From Spongospora subterranea f. sp. subterranea (taxonomy: Eukaryota): DNA of 64,000 nucleotides. The notes below the pieces were generated by a model that saw only the letters and a list, made by a program, of their open reading frames with translations, had not been told where the DNA came from and did no database searches. The stretch lies in contig JAUGWO010000129.1 of assembly GCA_049724395.1 (NCBI GenBank), positions 1-64,000 of the forward strand, read 5' to 3'. Of this stretch, positions 28,901-40,873 are shown in pieces. Position numbers and translations under genes: made by a program. How positions within the stretch are numbered: the stretch's first letter is position 1; each line of letters begins with the position of its first letter.

Positions 28901-30186
28901 CTGTAGCAATGACCGTATTAGACCAAATTGTGTGTTCAAGGTCTAAGCTTTCTAGTGAAGAGTCAACATCATGACTGACATCGGGAGAAGCACCTTGACC
29001 AGAACGAAAAGTTCCTGCAAAGTCATATATTGCTTTCCTAGGAGCTTCCACCTCAAGCCTCCCTTCCAGCGTCCAAATATCCTCCCAAGCAATATTCTGA
29101 GAGTATATCAGTTACTATCAGTTACTAAGCCAGTTACAAAAACGTTTCGCCTACCTTTGTTGAATGTAGGGCATGACGTAATTTCCAATCGGTTTCACCG
29201 TCAAGTTGATCTGTTCGAATGAAAATTTCGCCGCTTTCTTCCCTAGTTTTCAGCAACACCATATCGGCAGGAACTCGTTCATCTTTGTGGATGATAACAA
29301 GATCGCCGACCCTAAGACTTGATGATGGAACCTATTTTTTCTTTCAATAGAATGCATGGCCAAAAACAGAAGCAGCTACAGTTTTCGGAATACCGTTCTC
29401 GATTACTTGATAACGTGCAGAATTAGCTTCTTTATCTCTTCGGAAACGTTTAAAATCATCATGTGCCTAGAAACCTGATCAATAAATCAATAGGATTTAG
29501 GAAGCACAACAAACCTCTTTAGACATTGTCACAGAAACCACAAATACAAGCGGCGCCACGTAAGTAAAGAGAACACCGACTTGAAGTTCAGGGATGACTT
29601 GACTGCAGGCAACCACAAGAAAGTACAGATTGAAAAAATAGCGGAACTGATCGTAAAGAACGAGAGGGAAAAATGAGATCAACGAGTATTTTTGATTGCG
29701 AATACGATTCGCCGGAAATGATAACGCCGGTTCAGTATAGGCGCACCCATTTCCACAAAAATACAGCGCCCGAGATGTGGGCAGGTCACGACGGAGACAC
29801 CATTGACTAGAACTCTGAATACGGACGTAAATTAGCTCACAATTTACTCAACACTGGCGAAGATCGCGTCTGACCTGCCAGGTATTACTCAGGAAAAGAC
29901 GCACCTTGTCAAGGGATGCCTTTAGCAGCGGAACACGATCGTGATGCTGATTGAACTGAGCATCAGAACTGCTGCTCTGATCTTCAATCTCGAAGCCGTC
30001 GGCGCTCAAGGGGAGTTGCCTCATTCCATCCCTGGCGGAAGACATTGCCGCAGACGCCGATAAACGGCCCCGTTCCCCCTGCCTTTTTTTCGGGATATAG
30101 ATAATCGAATGGCCTGAACCCGATCTGATATTGGGATTACGATGACCTGGTGACTGTTCCAGCAGAGAAACGTGTACGTCACTCAT
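25947..30186 (-). CDS. ATP9: P4-type phospholipid flippase, ATP9/Neo1 subfamily (many exons; start uncertain)
   Basis: [114 protein letters not shown]. Confidence 0.95.
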
Positions 30187-30765
30187 TGTGGTCCTGGTAG
30201 GGCGCAGCCTCCAGCCTAAGAAACGATGCTGGAAAGGGGAGTCAAGATCGGCGTCGATGGACATGTCTGAACTCCGCAGTGCGATCGAATAATCGGAAAC
30301 ATTCCTTGCTCGAGGCAATTCAGGATGGGCAAACTTTTGATCTGGAACAGGTCATCCTATTCAATAGCATTGAAGACAGTTAAACTCCTGATCAAAATTC
30401 GAAGTTCAAGCTCGGTTCGGAACATTGAGCACTTTTATCGACGAAAATGTGAAAGGTTTCATTGCGTGATCATGCGTACATAGTTATCCGAAAATCGTGA
30501 TTTCTCGATCCTGCCTGAATCCACTGTCTACCTCCTTGATAGAAACCTAACAAGAACGCTGCAGATTATCTTATCGCACCGTTATCTCTAACCGATAATC
30601 CATTAATATCGACCGTGCATGGGCTCTTGTCATGTACTCGCAAGAAAAAAAGCGATTTCGCAAATCTTATCGATCAACAGCACCGTGATCAATTTCAGTC
30701 CTGATGTTGATCGAAAACTCCGTCCCGTAAGGACTTTTGTCTTTAAGCTGGGCGTTGTGTTGGCG

Positions 30766-31862
30766 ATGTCGGGAATGATTCTAAAATACGGATTGAACGT
30801 GCCGAAAAAAAAGCAGAAGAAGTCGAATCCGATTGGAAACGTGTTCAATCAGATTGGACGTTCAGATGGTGACCCGGAAGTTGAACGTATCGGCCAGGGC
30901 GGTTACCCAAGGCGATCGTCAAAGGCAAAAGGCTGGCTGGGAAGCCTCTTCAATGTGAATGGAAAATGACTTTGTTTCGTAGGCTGAGCAAGAAAAGTTA
31001 CGCCTTTTAGCGGAAGATCCCAACGTGTTTGCTTTTGATGAAGTTTATGAGACAATGGCGGCACAGCAGCAACATCGTGTCGCAGCCAAGGAGGCTTCGG
31101 ATGCGACTCGACAGGTATTGATATTTTTCTGATACTTGCAAACAATTAAATCGACGCTGGTAGCCAAAATATTTCGACAAACTGCAAAAACGCTGTGAAG
31201 AGAGGAAAATTGAGCAGGGCGTAATCTACCAGCGAGGCATCGTCAGAGAAAGGGTTGCCGAAGACCATTTGTTTAAAACGACTGAGGCGTTTGTCACTGC
31301 TGGATATAAGGCACAGATGATTAAAGACAAAGCGTGGCAGACCCAGCAGGATGTTATAGACAAAAAGGAAACCGGACCGACTACGTCTGGAATGGCTGGA
31401 GGTTTTTTGTCGACACTAATGAATTCCACAATATATCCCGACCCATCCCCGGCCCAACCTATTCAGAGGCAAGATGCTGTACCAGAAAAGCAGTCGAATA
31501 CCATTCCTGTAGGGCCAATCAAACCCGATCCATCCCCAACCAACCCTATTCAGAGGCAAGATACTGTATTAGAGAGACAGTCGAATATTCCTGTAGGGCC
31601 AACCAAACCTGAAGCCTCCGGAGCCGAATCACATCAACCAGTATCTTCCAAGAAATCAGCCGGACATACAGGGGCAAAACGGACTCATGACGACCTGGAA
31701 CAAGCATCTCAAACGGTGAAGCAATCGGTTCACGTTAAAGATGAACCCGCTGAGCGACCGGCCCCAATTACATTGGCCAATAAAGTCGAGATTGCTGCCG
31801 CTGCCAGAGAACGGTTCTTGAAGAGAAAAGCGGAAAAAGAATTGCAGCAACAAGCATCATAA
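30766..31862 (+). CDS. NSRP1: Nuclear speckle splicing regulator NSRP1/CCDC55 (DUF2040)
   Basis: LKYGLNVPKKK, EDPNVFAFDEVYE, PKYFDKL..ERKIEQ..IYQR, EAFVTAGYKAQM, and C-terminal AAARERFLKRK. Confidence 0.8.
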
Positions 31863-31930
31863 TCATGCATAAATTTATTATTGGATGACAGATGACGACT
31901 GACCTATGAACGGATGATTTGGGAAGTCGA

Positions 31931-33186
31931 TTAACGGGCAACAGATCGTCCAAGAACAATGCAGAGGGGAATTTGACAAAACCCGACTGCAATCAGAAAA
32001 AATTGGCGCGTAGATTTGTTGGAATCCTCCATTCCAAAGGACCCACCTTCGACACGAGGAACAAAAGCGCGCTGAAGAGTACGTGCCTTAAAAAAAATCA
32101 GAATAGTGCTCGAAAATCCGACAAAAATGTATCTACCATGAAAACTGTCATCGATATGCCTGTGGCAAGCGAAATGACCCAGTACATCGTCGAATTATGG
32201 TACGATAAGACCCAAACAGCGAGATCAATAACCAGAATGACGAACTTATATGAGGAATACGCAACGAGATCCAACAATGGAGGGGCGACAACACTCGCGG
32301 TGCTGCCAATAACAGCAAAGCCGACTCGTAAAAGAAAGACCTCCAATATCAAAATCGCCAGAGCAGATGTGGCTGTAGATCCTAGAACTTCGGGTGTAAA
32401 CGCCTTCCCGATTCCCAGAATAAAACCCATCATCAAAATATAGGTGACGAACGCCATCAATGGGATGTACAGATCGGGAGCATTGACATCGGAACTAGGA
32501 GGCAAAAACGACACGCCATCATTTTCATAGCTAGATCTTTCCCTTGACCATCTCTAGAAAAAACGCGCGTAAAAAAACAGGAAATTGTCCACAAAACGTA
32601 CTTTACCTTGTGCAAACAAGGGAACAATATCATTTGCAACTTTTTTAAGACATAAGTATTATTGACATGAAAATAATAACGGAATCGATTCATGGACAGC
32701 CACGACATGCTGCCAAGTTGGTCTTTGGCCATATTGAGAACCGTTTGCTGCATGATTTCGTTAGGTTGGGGAAATGACGGTGCCGTAGAACCACTGTGAT
32801 GGTTTTGTTGCTGAAATGAGGAGTAACCCTGTTGTGGTTGATTTATATTCTGCTCGCCGAATTGGGTTTGAGCATATTCGGCACCATAATAAGGCTGTTG
32901 CTGGTTTCGGAAACTCTGGCTCTGTCAAACACAGCATGAGAATCCAGAAAAACACACTCTCGCCGATGTGGAAAATACGGGAGGATAGGGTTGCTGATAT
33001 GGTTGTTGATAAGGTTGCTGATAAGCGGGCTGGAACGGCTGCTGTTGTTGGTTAACAGGCGGTTGCTGGGGCGTTCGATAAAACTTGGGATGGCGTCGGC
33101 TGCTGTTGACCCGTTGTCGATGAGCCCGGGCGTCCTCGCTGGGGCGGCCGGACAACCGGCGGCCCTGGCACCCGAACCTGACGCAT
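31931..33186 (-). CDS. YIF1: YIF1 ER-Golgi transport protein (start uncertain)
   Basis: RYYFHVNNTYVLKKLQMILFP, DVNAPDLYIPLMAFVTYIL, FTPEVLG, DLVAYSSYKFV, and a Q/P/Y-rich N-terminus. Confidence 0.93.
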
Positions 33187-33289
33187 CACGTTGTTGAATC
33201 AAAGGATTATGAGTTAAGGACAGTTCACACGGAGAATCTTGTTTCGACGGTCAACAAGCAGCAGGGAATAATAATAATTCTTGATAGGT

Positions 33290-34102
33290 ATAGTCCACGA
33301 TTGCCAATTGTTTCGTGTGCCGCCTCAGATTAGTGATCATGTTGAATGTCTTTTGAGAGGATTTGACGATTTCGCCGAATGCTGCCCGTTTGACCCTAGG
33401 TCAGTCAGGGGAGCGAATAAATTTGTGAACCTGGTACAAAATTTGCTGTCAAAACGAAACAGAACGAGGCTTACGAAAACACAATGTCGAAAGCGTTGCA
33501 AAGTAATAAAATAGGACTTTTATTCCACTTCACGGAAAAGATTCTGGATTCGCAGTAGAACTGTTTCAGTTTGACCAGGTGATGTAGCAGAAAGTCGGCA
33601 TTGTTCAGTTGGGTTCGGGAATCATGGACGTAGTCATTCAACCAGTCAACTATTTGGGGTCTTCTGATGAAGTTTAGATGTACGTGAAGACCAGATGAGT
33701 ATAATATACCCACGCTGCTTATCGACCCGAAGTTCTAATTGAACAGGATTGCCAAGATCGGCCGAAAACTCAGGGCCCATATAACCATTCACGAACATCT
33801 GCCTTTGCAGCTGCTGGCCGCCTTTCCTGACGATGAAGCCGATTTTGAAAGGGGTAGTCTCCGACAGAGTTGCCAATTGTAGACAGATTGAGAGAAAACT
33901 AAACCGTGTATACAAATGGTGAAGAGAAGATCACCCAAAAAGGACACACAAATAGCTGATTAATAATGACCTGTGGATTGAAGAGAACCGAATGGTGGCC
34001 ACTATTGTTGTTGATTACTTTGTGTCGGGCGGTCAAGAGCAAGGCGAATACCATGCATTCAGGGAGAATCTGAGTTTGCTGACCAGCAATGAATCCAGAC
34101 AT
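33290..34102 (-). CDS. Hypothetical multi-exon protein
   Basis: Consecutive minus ORF fragments separated by GT-AG-like gaps. No family recognised. Confidence 0.35.
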
Positions 34103-34731
34103 GAATCAGGATAGGGTGACGGTTCTTGGCAGTTTGTGTGAACGGCGAACAGGATATAAGCGGATGTCGACGTTTTAGAACCCATTAGACAATTCCGAAT
34201 CCTATGTTGACATATAACGCGGTTTTACATTCTTGGTTTCATTGCTTTCCTGATATTTAGATACCGGTGATTTTATTGGCATCTATCGTCTGTTCTTGAA
34301 TTCTGAGATGCTGACGCGGCCATGGCTTTGCTGTAGGCTTTGCTCATCACCAGGTTCAGGTGTCTGGGGTCGCTGTTCTGTACGCGGAAACCAACAACGC
34401 CAGTCACGGTGGACGTGACCAAACCAGGGCTACCCAGTGCTCAGACTCAGCAGTGCAGAATTCCTTGAAACAGATTGCCATGCTCGGATATAATGACATG
34501 GGCGATCCACATTGTAACGATCAGAGACCCGAGTCGGTAAGTGGTAACCCTAACGTTGATGGGTCGCCCATCCACTCACTCGTTAATGATACCGACCGGC
34601 CGGCATGGCGCTCCCCCCATTGACACCCACTGTGTGTAAGTCCAAACCAATCTGGATCGAGCACATCATTTCGATATCGACAATCCTGTTGTAATTTGGA
34701 TTGGTTGACGTTTCGATTCGATATCGAAGTT

Positions 34732-36535
34732 ATGTCGGTTGCCGAAATCCCGCAAGGTGCGAGGCCGTTTCGATATGACGATGCCGCTCCTCAGCCGAAC
34801 GCTGATGCCAAGCCTGCTGTCGCTGCAGCTCTGAATCATCGCAAACGAAATGTAAGCCATCGCGGGTTGTTCCAAACAGGGTTTGTTTAAACCTCTGGAA
34901 TTTCAGATTATTCTTGTAGTCGCCTCGGTGTTGCTGGTCTTAGTTGGCGCTAGTGTGGCTGTTGTTGTTTTAACAAGGTCGAAAAATTCTGGTGCCAACA
35001 ATCTCCCACAATTTAGCGTCGACTCGGAATTCGAAGTGCAGTTTGACCCAGCAGTTAGCGACCCATCAGCGTTGATTGATGAAATGATTAGTTCAGGCGC
35101 AAGTTCCATGTTCAGCGTCGCTGCTCCCGGAAACTCTATCAAAGTAAGCGGGCCCAACTCTCGTGACGATGCCAATGCCATTATCACAAACGCATTCGCC
35201 AATCATGTATCGACTTTCGCCACCGTTATCGAGTTGTCGGCAAACGCCGTTGTCGATACACGCTGCGCTGATCCGACCGATTCTCTCGCTGCAGTGAGAA
35301 CGCCATGCCGTCGAATGAATCCCCAGCCCAAGCTAGTGATTTTGGTTTTAGCAACGCTTTTCACACCGAATGTAAGAAAGGATACTTCGGGCCAACTTGT
35401 CAACAGTGCCAATGCTCCTATCCGTTCTCGCGATGCGACGATGGGATGCAGGGAACGGGAGATTGTGATTGTCAACTAGGTAATTTTGTTTCGTTTTCAG
35501 ATTGCGTCAATCAACTCAGCACACTTTCAGGATCCTTTGGCGAATCATGCACACAATGCCCTGATTGTGGTCATGGATCATGTCTCGATGGTAAATCAGG
35601 AAGTGGATTGTGCTCTTGCCCTGATGGGTTCGAACCGGACAATTGCCGCGATTGCTTGCCGAATCTGTTTGGCGAGGGCTGTCAACAGGAATGTGGTGAA
35701 TGTGGCACTGATACGGGCCGCCGTGGCAAATGCGATGCAGGTTTGCGAGGGACTGGCCAATGTAGGTGCGCTAATGATCATGTTGAGCCTGGCAAGTGCC
35801 AAGATTGTAAAGCTGGTTGGGCGGGTGACGATTGCACCCATACTTGCAAGTATGCAGCACCGTGCGTTTGATTTCTGTGGGAAAGGCACCAAATTGGCGG
35901 CAATTACATTTGTGGGTATGCCGACCAGACACATTTTCGGAGTACTAGACCAAGCGCACAATGATTACCAGATAAGCGGAGGCTTCTTGACGTTCTTCGT
36001 CCACGGTGGCAAGCAAGTGGAAGCAGAAGGAGAGGATAACTCTTGTACAATTCTTCGACAACTGCAAGAACAAGGACATGAAATTCAGCTAACTGGCTTC
36101 TCTGGCGAGTCAATGGGCGAAATGTCGGCAACGGAAATCGATGAGGAAATCCGTAAAGGCCAAGAATTTTTCACAAAATGTCGCCTACCGGAGCCCACAT
36201 TATTTCGCCCCCCGATGGGAAAGTTTGATTTAGGCAAGACGCGTTATGTGAACAGCAAGGGTTTAATTGTCGCATCATATAATGTTGAACTTGAAGGGAC
36301 AAGACTTTCGGGACTCGTCGGCGACATTTTCGTATCAATGCATTCGGGCCTGTCGCCATTGATCAGCATTCCTTTTGATCGCTACAATGGAGATTTGGGT
36401 GACCTGGCAAATGCTATCAAGAAGGAGGGTTTCACGCTGGTGAAAGCGACCCAGTGCAACATTGCAAGTTCAGGGGGCTCCGGTATAGGTTGGTCAGGAA
36501 CGAACAATCCAGGGGTATATCACCTGGATCTATAG
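34732..36535 (+). CDS. Type II membrane protein with EGF/laminin-EGF repeats and a degenerate CE4 (NodB) polysaccharide deacetylase domain
   Basis: TM IILVVASVLLVLVGASVAVVVL. Repeats CKKGYFGPTC, CDDGMQGTGDCDC, CLDGKSGSGLCSC, CDAGLRGTGQCRC. CE4-like AAITFVGMP, LTFFV, GHEIQL, LFRPPMG. Needs two 1-nt frameshifts (~35278 and ~35860). Confidence 0.8.
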
Positions 36536-36559
36536 GTATAATTCCTTTTATCATAAATA

Positions 36560-37219
36560 TACTCGTATTACAAAACCCATCGTGATTAGCAGTTCAATGA
36601 TGTACAGCTGACAAGTCGGGACTTTTTCTCCAACGAATCCAACCGTGATAGTAACTTTTCGAGAATTTCTGCCATCGTGAGGAACACGAATCAAAAACCA
36701 GGCTTATTCACGACCATACCAATGGTACCGTTTTGAAGAACTACTGCATCTGCTGGAGAATTCGACCGGAAAAATATGGGTCCCCGCCGGCAAAAGGTGT
36801 CCTGGCGAATAGTGTGTCGGTGTCATTTAAATGTCAATGTCAATATGCAATACATGGCCTCGTGATGCAGCTGATGCTGCTTCGTAAACAGCGACGCGCT
36901 GGGCGGAGACCTAATCTGGGCAGGTAAACGCGAATCGAACAACGTGATCCAAACATTTGCACGACCTGCTCTTCAACGTGTCGAATTCTTGCCAATATTA
37001 ACGCGGGATCCCGAGACAGTAACACGGTCTCGTCTTCATAGGCATTGATATCGCCCTGGTCCATCGTCTACGAATGCCGTCCGATGTTTTACTGATCGAC
37101 AGACCCGTTTTTGGGGTCGGATGGAAAATGGCCAAATCAGATTCTTCTGGCGCCGGTTCTCGGACTTTCATCGCCGATGTAACGGCCATGACGCCATGGT
37201 TGTCATTCAAACTTGCCAT
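36560..37219 (-). CDS. Hypothetical protein, structure uncertain
   Basis: Overlapping minus ORFs 36840-37219 with protein-like composition. No family recognised. Confidence 0.25.
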
Positions 37220-38281
37220 ATTCGGTCGCAGTTCACGACACCGAGGCCAGCTGCTAGGTTGTCAACTGGTTCGACCTAGCCAAATATCGGGCTGAACTTG
37301 GTCTATTCCCGATCCGGGCATAATCCTCCTGCCAACTACCATTATCGCATGCATTCGAAAGAGTCAGGCTGAAGGCGATCTTATTTCTGCTGATAATTTG
37401 TGAATTACCGATGTGGCGGATCGATTTGATGCCATGAAATATATACCAGTCCAGGCCACTATCTGTACAGTTGCACACTTAGCACATTCTTAGGCTGGTC
37501 TTTCAAGAAAACTGGAATCAACCGAAATGCTATCTCGGCTGCACTTTGCCTCATTTGATTTGCTGGATGCGCAGTTTCGTGATCAAATCATGCAGATTGG
37601 GTTTAGGGAAACTAGGCAGCTCAATACAATTCATATGGCCTTTCCATTCCTTGGCCTCAACAAACGTCACTTGCGTATCTTGCTCCATTTGTCAAGGTCT
37701 CAACTGAACCCTGAGTGAAAGAATCTGGGAACGTGGGCCATGACTAATCTACCGCCATTCCTCTGGTCTGAGCAAGTTTTTCAGAGCACCACATTACGCT
37801 CAAACGCAAATCCTTGGACATCGGCTAGCCTATGCAAGGCACTATGAAATCCGGCACAAGGACTCATCTTCCACGTTCTTATTCTTCTCGTGTATTGGTT
37901 TATTGGAGTAATGACGTGAATCAAGGTTCCCGGAACAGCTATGTTTAAACACAATAACCGTTTTTTTTGCATTGCGCCATCCATGATTAGTTATAACAGT
38001 GGACCCATCCGCCCAGGCGTGCTGCATTCAGTACAACACAGCACAAACTTTGAGTTCCTTTTATCTAAATTTCAACGAGCCCTTAAGGTAAGCATCGAGT
38101 TTGATGAAACTTGAAGTTTTTAGGCGGTTGTACACGCCCATTGTTGCTGGGTCAGAGCCGGTTGACAATTCGTTGACTCAACACGTTTGTGAGGGAGGAA
38201 TCGTCGAGTTCAGGATGACTCATCGATATTACGACACTCAACGAGTAGAACCCAGCTTATAAATCCATTTTATTATTAATT

Positions 38282-38803
38282 ATGCACTCGGTAGTCGTGA
38301 TTCTATGCATGCTTCCTGTGGCCATGTTGGCTGTCGATGTTTATGACAACACGACGGTTGTAGTTGGCGCGCCATCCGGGGCAATAGAAGCAGCGAACCC
38401 TAACGTTCCTGGCCAACCTCAGAACATCACGTACCTTCCTGCACGATGTGGGCCCTGGTTTTCGGGGGAGACGTGCCCGATCGATCAAGAGCAACGCCAG
38501 CTGTATTGTTCGCAATGGGGCTATTGTGGATGGCAATATCAACCGCAGCAGGACGCCGGGGTGTTCCTCAACCCAGATCAGATCTGCGAGAAGGACACCG
38601 ATTGCGTTTTCCCGAACCTGCCAGGGGTCACATGTAGTCTTTCGGACAGGAAATGTGTCGTTCATGTGAAATCAAGCGAGTCTTCAGCCGGATCGGGCAC
38701 ATCAAGTACAACGGTATCGTCTCGATCGCCAGCAGCTGGTCTCCACTATTACCTGGCTATCTGCATCGCCATCGCTGCGTCGCTCATCACCATAGCTATC
38801 TGA
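38282..38803 (+). CDS. Secreted, probably GPI-anchored chitin-binding (CBM18/hevein-like) protein, intronless
   Basis: Signal peptide MHSVVVILCMLPVAMLA, RCGPWFSGETCP...YCSQWGYCG, second Cys cluster C..DTDC..C..C, S/T-rich linker, hydrophobic C-terminus. Confidence 0.85.
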   Translation: MHSVVVILCMLPVAMLAVDVYDNTTVVVGAPSGAIEAANPNVPGQPQNITYLPARCGPWFSGETCPIDQEQRQLYCSQWGYCGWQYQPQQDAGVFLNPDQICEKDTDCVFPNLPGVTCSLSDRKCVVHVKSSESSAGSGTSSTTVSSRSPAAGLHYYLAICIAIAASLITIAI

Positions 38804-39211
38804 TCTATAAAAATTTAACTGGTTATTGGTTCGATATCAATAATTTGCATATGCCTGCCGCGAAAACATTCGCAAAATAGCCTAGCGATAGAGGTGAGCT
38901 CGGAATGGGGAAATTCTGGCTGAAACAAAATGAACTCAAATGTTTGTTGAGCACCCGTGCGTTTTCAGCTAAAACTTGATTACGTTGGAATAGGAATTGA
39001 GCATTGTATGTTCAAACCTCGCTGGGTTGGTTGATTGTATGTGGCAAGCGGCTCGCTCCATCAAGCAATGTAGGTTGCGCAGTCCCATACAAGTTCTGTG
39101 ATCTATCTGGGGCGTATTTTCTAGATAAACCTTGGAAAATACCAGATCGCAAACATCGTTATTGAGGGGATCTCTTCACACTCGTGCAGTTTCCAGGCGA
39201 ATGCAAAGCGG

Positions 39212-40470
39212 TTGTTGTCCGTCAGCTATAGGAATAAGAACATCGAAGATCCAAGACAGTTCATGATGAGTTCGAAACCAGCCATTCGTGGAGCGAGACG
39301 ACAATCGTCACGATCTGGAACAGATACGGTTTCCGAAAAGGAGCAAATCCCCGGCTCGAGAGACCTGGTAATTTGGGTCCATATCGTGGAAACGAAACTG
39401 GACGTTATCTTTAAAAGTAGCATCGACGAGGCGAAGAGGAAGACGCATTCAGACCCCTCGAAGCCATTCACCCTGGAAACCAATGCGAATAATTTTGCTA
39501 TTGGCGCAATTTTATCGCAGTTTGATGCAGAAGGCGGTCTCCATCCTTGCTGCGTTTACTCTCGTTCTCTTAACCCTGAAGAAAGTCGGTACGACATTCG
39601 CGACAAGGAACTACTCGCAAATCAAGGCCGCTTGTACTACTTGGAGGCATTATCTGGAAGGTGCGTTTCATCCAATCCTGGTCTTTTAATGATCCTACGA
39701 TGAAGTCCTTATCCAGTCGGTCAAGCCCGATGAGCCCTGTTCTTTTCACGTTTCAACCTCAATTTCTGTTATCGCCCGGGGTTCTCGCAACGGCAAAGCC
39801 GATGCCCTTCCACGTCGGCATGATCTTGAGGCTGTCTCACCACGCCTCAGCGTTATTATTTCTATGTTTTCTCCCGAAGCTTTTCCAGCTCCCGTTCCTG
39901 TCTATGGTTCCGTCCGAGATCACTTTCCTAGTCCAATTCCTGTTCCTGATGCTGCTCCTGTCTCTGATTGCGTCCTAGACCTCGTTCCTAACCCTGTCCT
40001 CGAATCCCTTCCTGTCGTTGGATCCTCTCCAGTTCTCGCTCCTGGTCCTACCCCTCGCGCTTCCGTCCACAGCGCCTCCGCTACTCTCGCTTCTCCGTCA
40101 CCCTATCCCTTAACACTTCCCGCGTTTCCTCTTCGCCTCGTCGATGCTAAAGGTCAATACGCCCAGTCTCGTTTCCACGATATGGACCGGGAATTTGCTC
40201 CTTTTCGGAAACAGTATCAATGTTCCAGATCGTGACGATTGTCGTCTCGCTGTGCTTCGTCTTTGCCACGATTCCCCCACAGCTGGTCACTTCGGTTTCG
40301 CCCGGACAAGTCGGCCTCGTAAAACGCAACTATTGGTGGCCTGGATTATCGTTATTCGTCAAAATGTATATCCGTTAGTGTGAAACAAGTGCCCGCTCAA
40401 AGGCTTCCCGAATGAAACCTGCAGGCCTGCTGCAGCCCCTACCTATTCCTTCTCGCCCATTTGGCTCCGT
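39212..40470 (+). mobile_element. Degenerate Ty3/gypsy LTR retrotransposon pol fragment (RNase H plus integrase zinc finger) with an inverted partial copy
   Basis: PSKPFTLETNANNFAIGAILSQ..YSRSLNPEESRYDIRDKELLA, WRHYLEG, LCHDSPTAGHFG, NYWWPGL, PAGLLQPLPIPSRPF, with many frameshifts. 39292-39441 is inverted relative to 40126-40251. Confidence 0.92.
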
Positions 40471-40580
40471 TGGCGGGTTCACGAATGGCTGGTTCACGAC
40501 AACAAGGACCATTCCATTATCATATAATCGTATAGATCATGTAGTTCAGCGAGTTCATGTCATCCCTGAGCCAGAGTGGT

Positions 40581-40696
40581 GTCTAGAAAACCCAGATCAC
40601 TGGTGGTGCCCGTTGCCTCTGTCGTCAAACCCCATGTCTAGAAAACCCAGATCACTGATCACTGGTGGTGCCCGTTGCCTCTGTCGTCAAACCCCA
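40581..40696. repeat. Direct tandem duplication of about 55 bp
   Basis: gtctagaaaacccagatcactggtggtgcccgttgcctctgtcgtcaaacccca occurs twice; the second copy has an extra gatcact. Confidence 0.9.
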
Positions 40697-40873
40697 CAGA
40701 CACGTGTAGCGTTACTAAAGAGTATGACGTCTGTTGATAGCACAAGGGGATTGGTTTGTGAGCGATTGACCACAGCACACACTGCAGCAGTAACGGTATC
40801 GTCCTTTATTGACTCCAGAGATACCTTATCGGATTACACTTCTCATAACGACTAATATAACAACCGTCAAATA

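Noticed and set aside
31919..32443. 174-aa plus ORF
   Set aside because: Antisense shadow of the hydrophobic YIF1 exons.
35486..35860. N-terminal part of the 349-aa ORF
   Set aside because: Wrong frame; the Cys-rich EGF frame (35305-35871) is the coherent one here.
37250..38200. Coding or TE relic
   Set aside because: Stops in all frames and no motif recognised.
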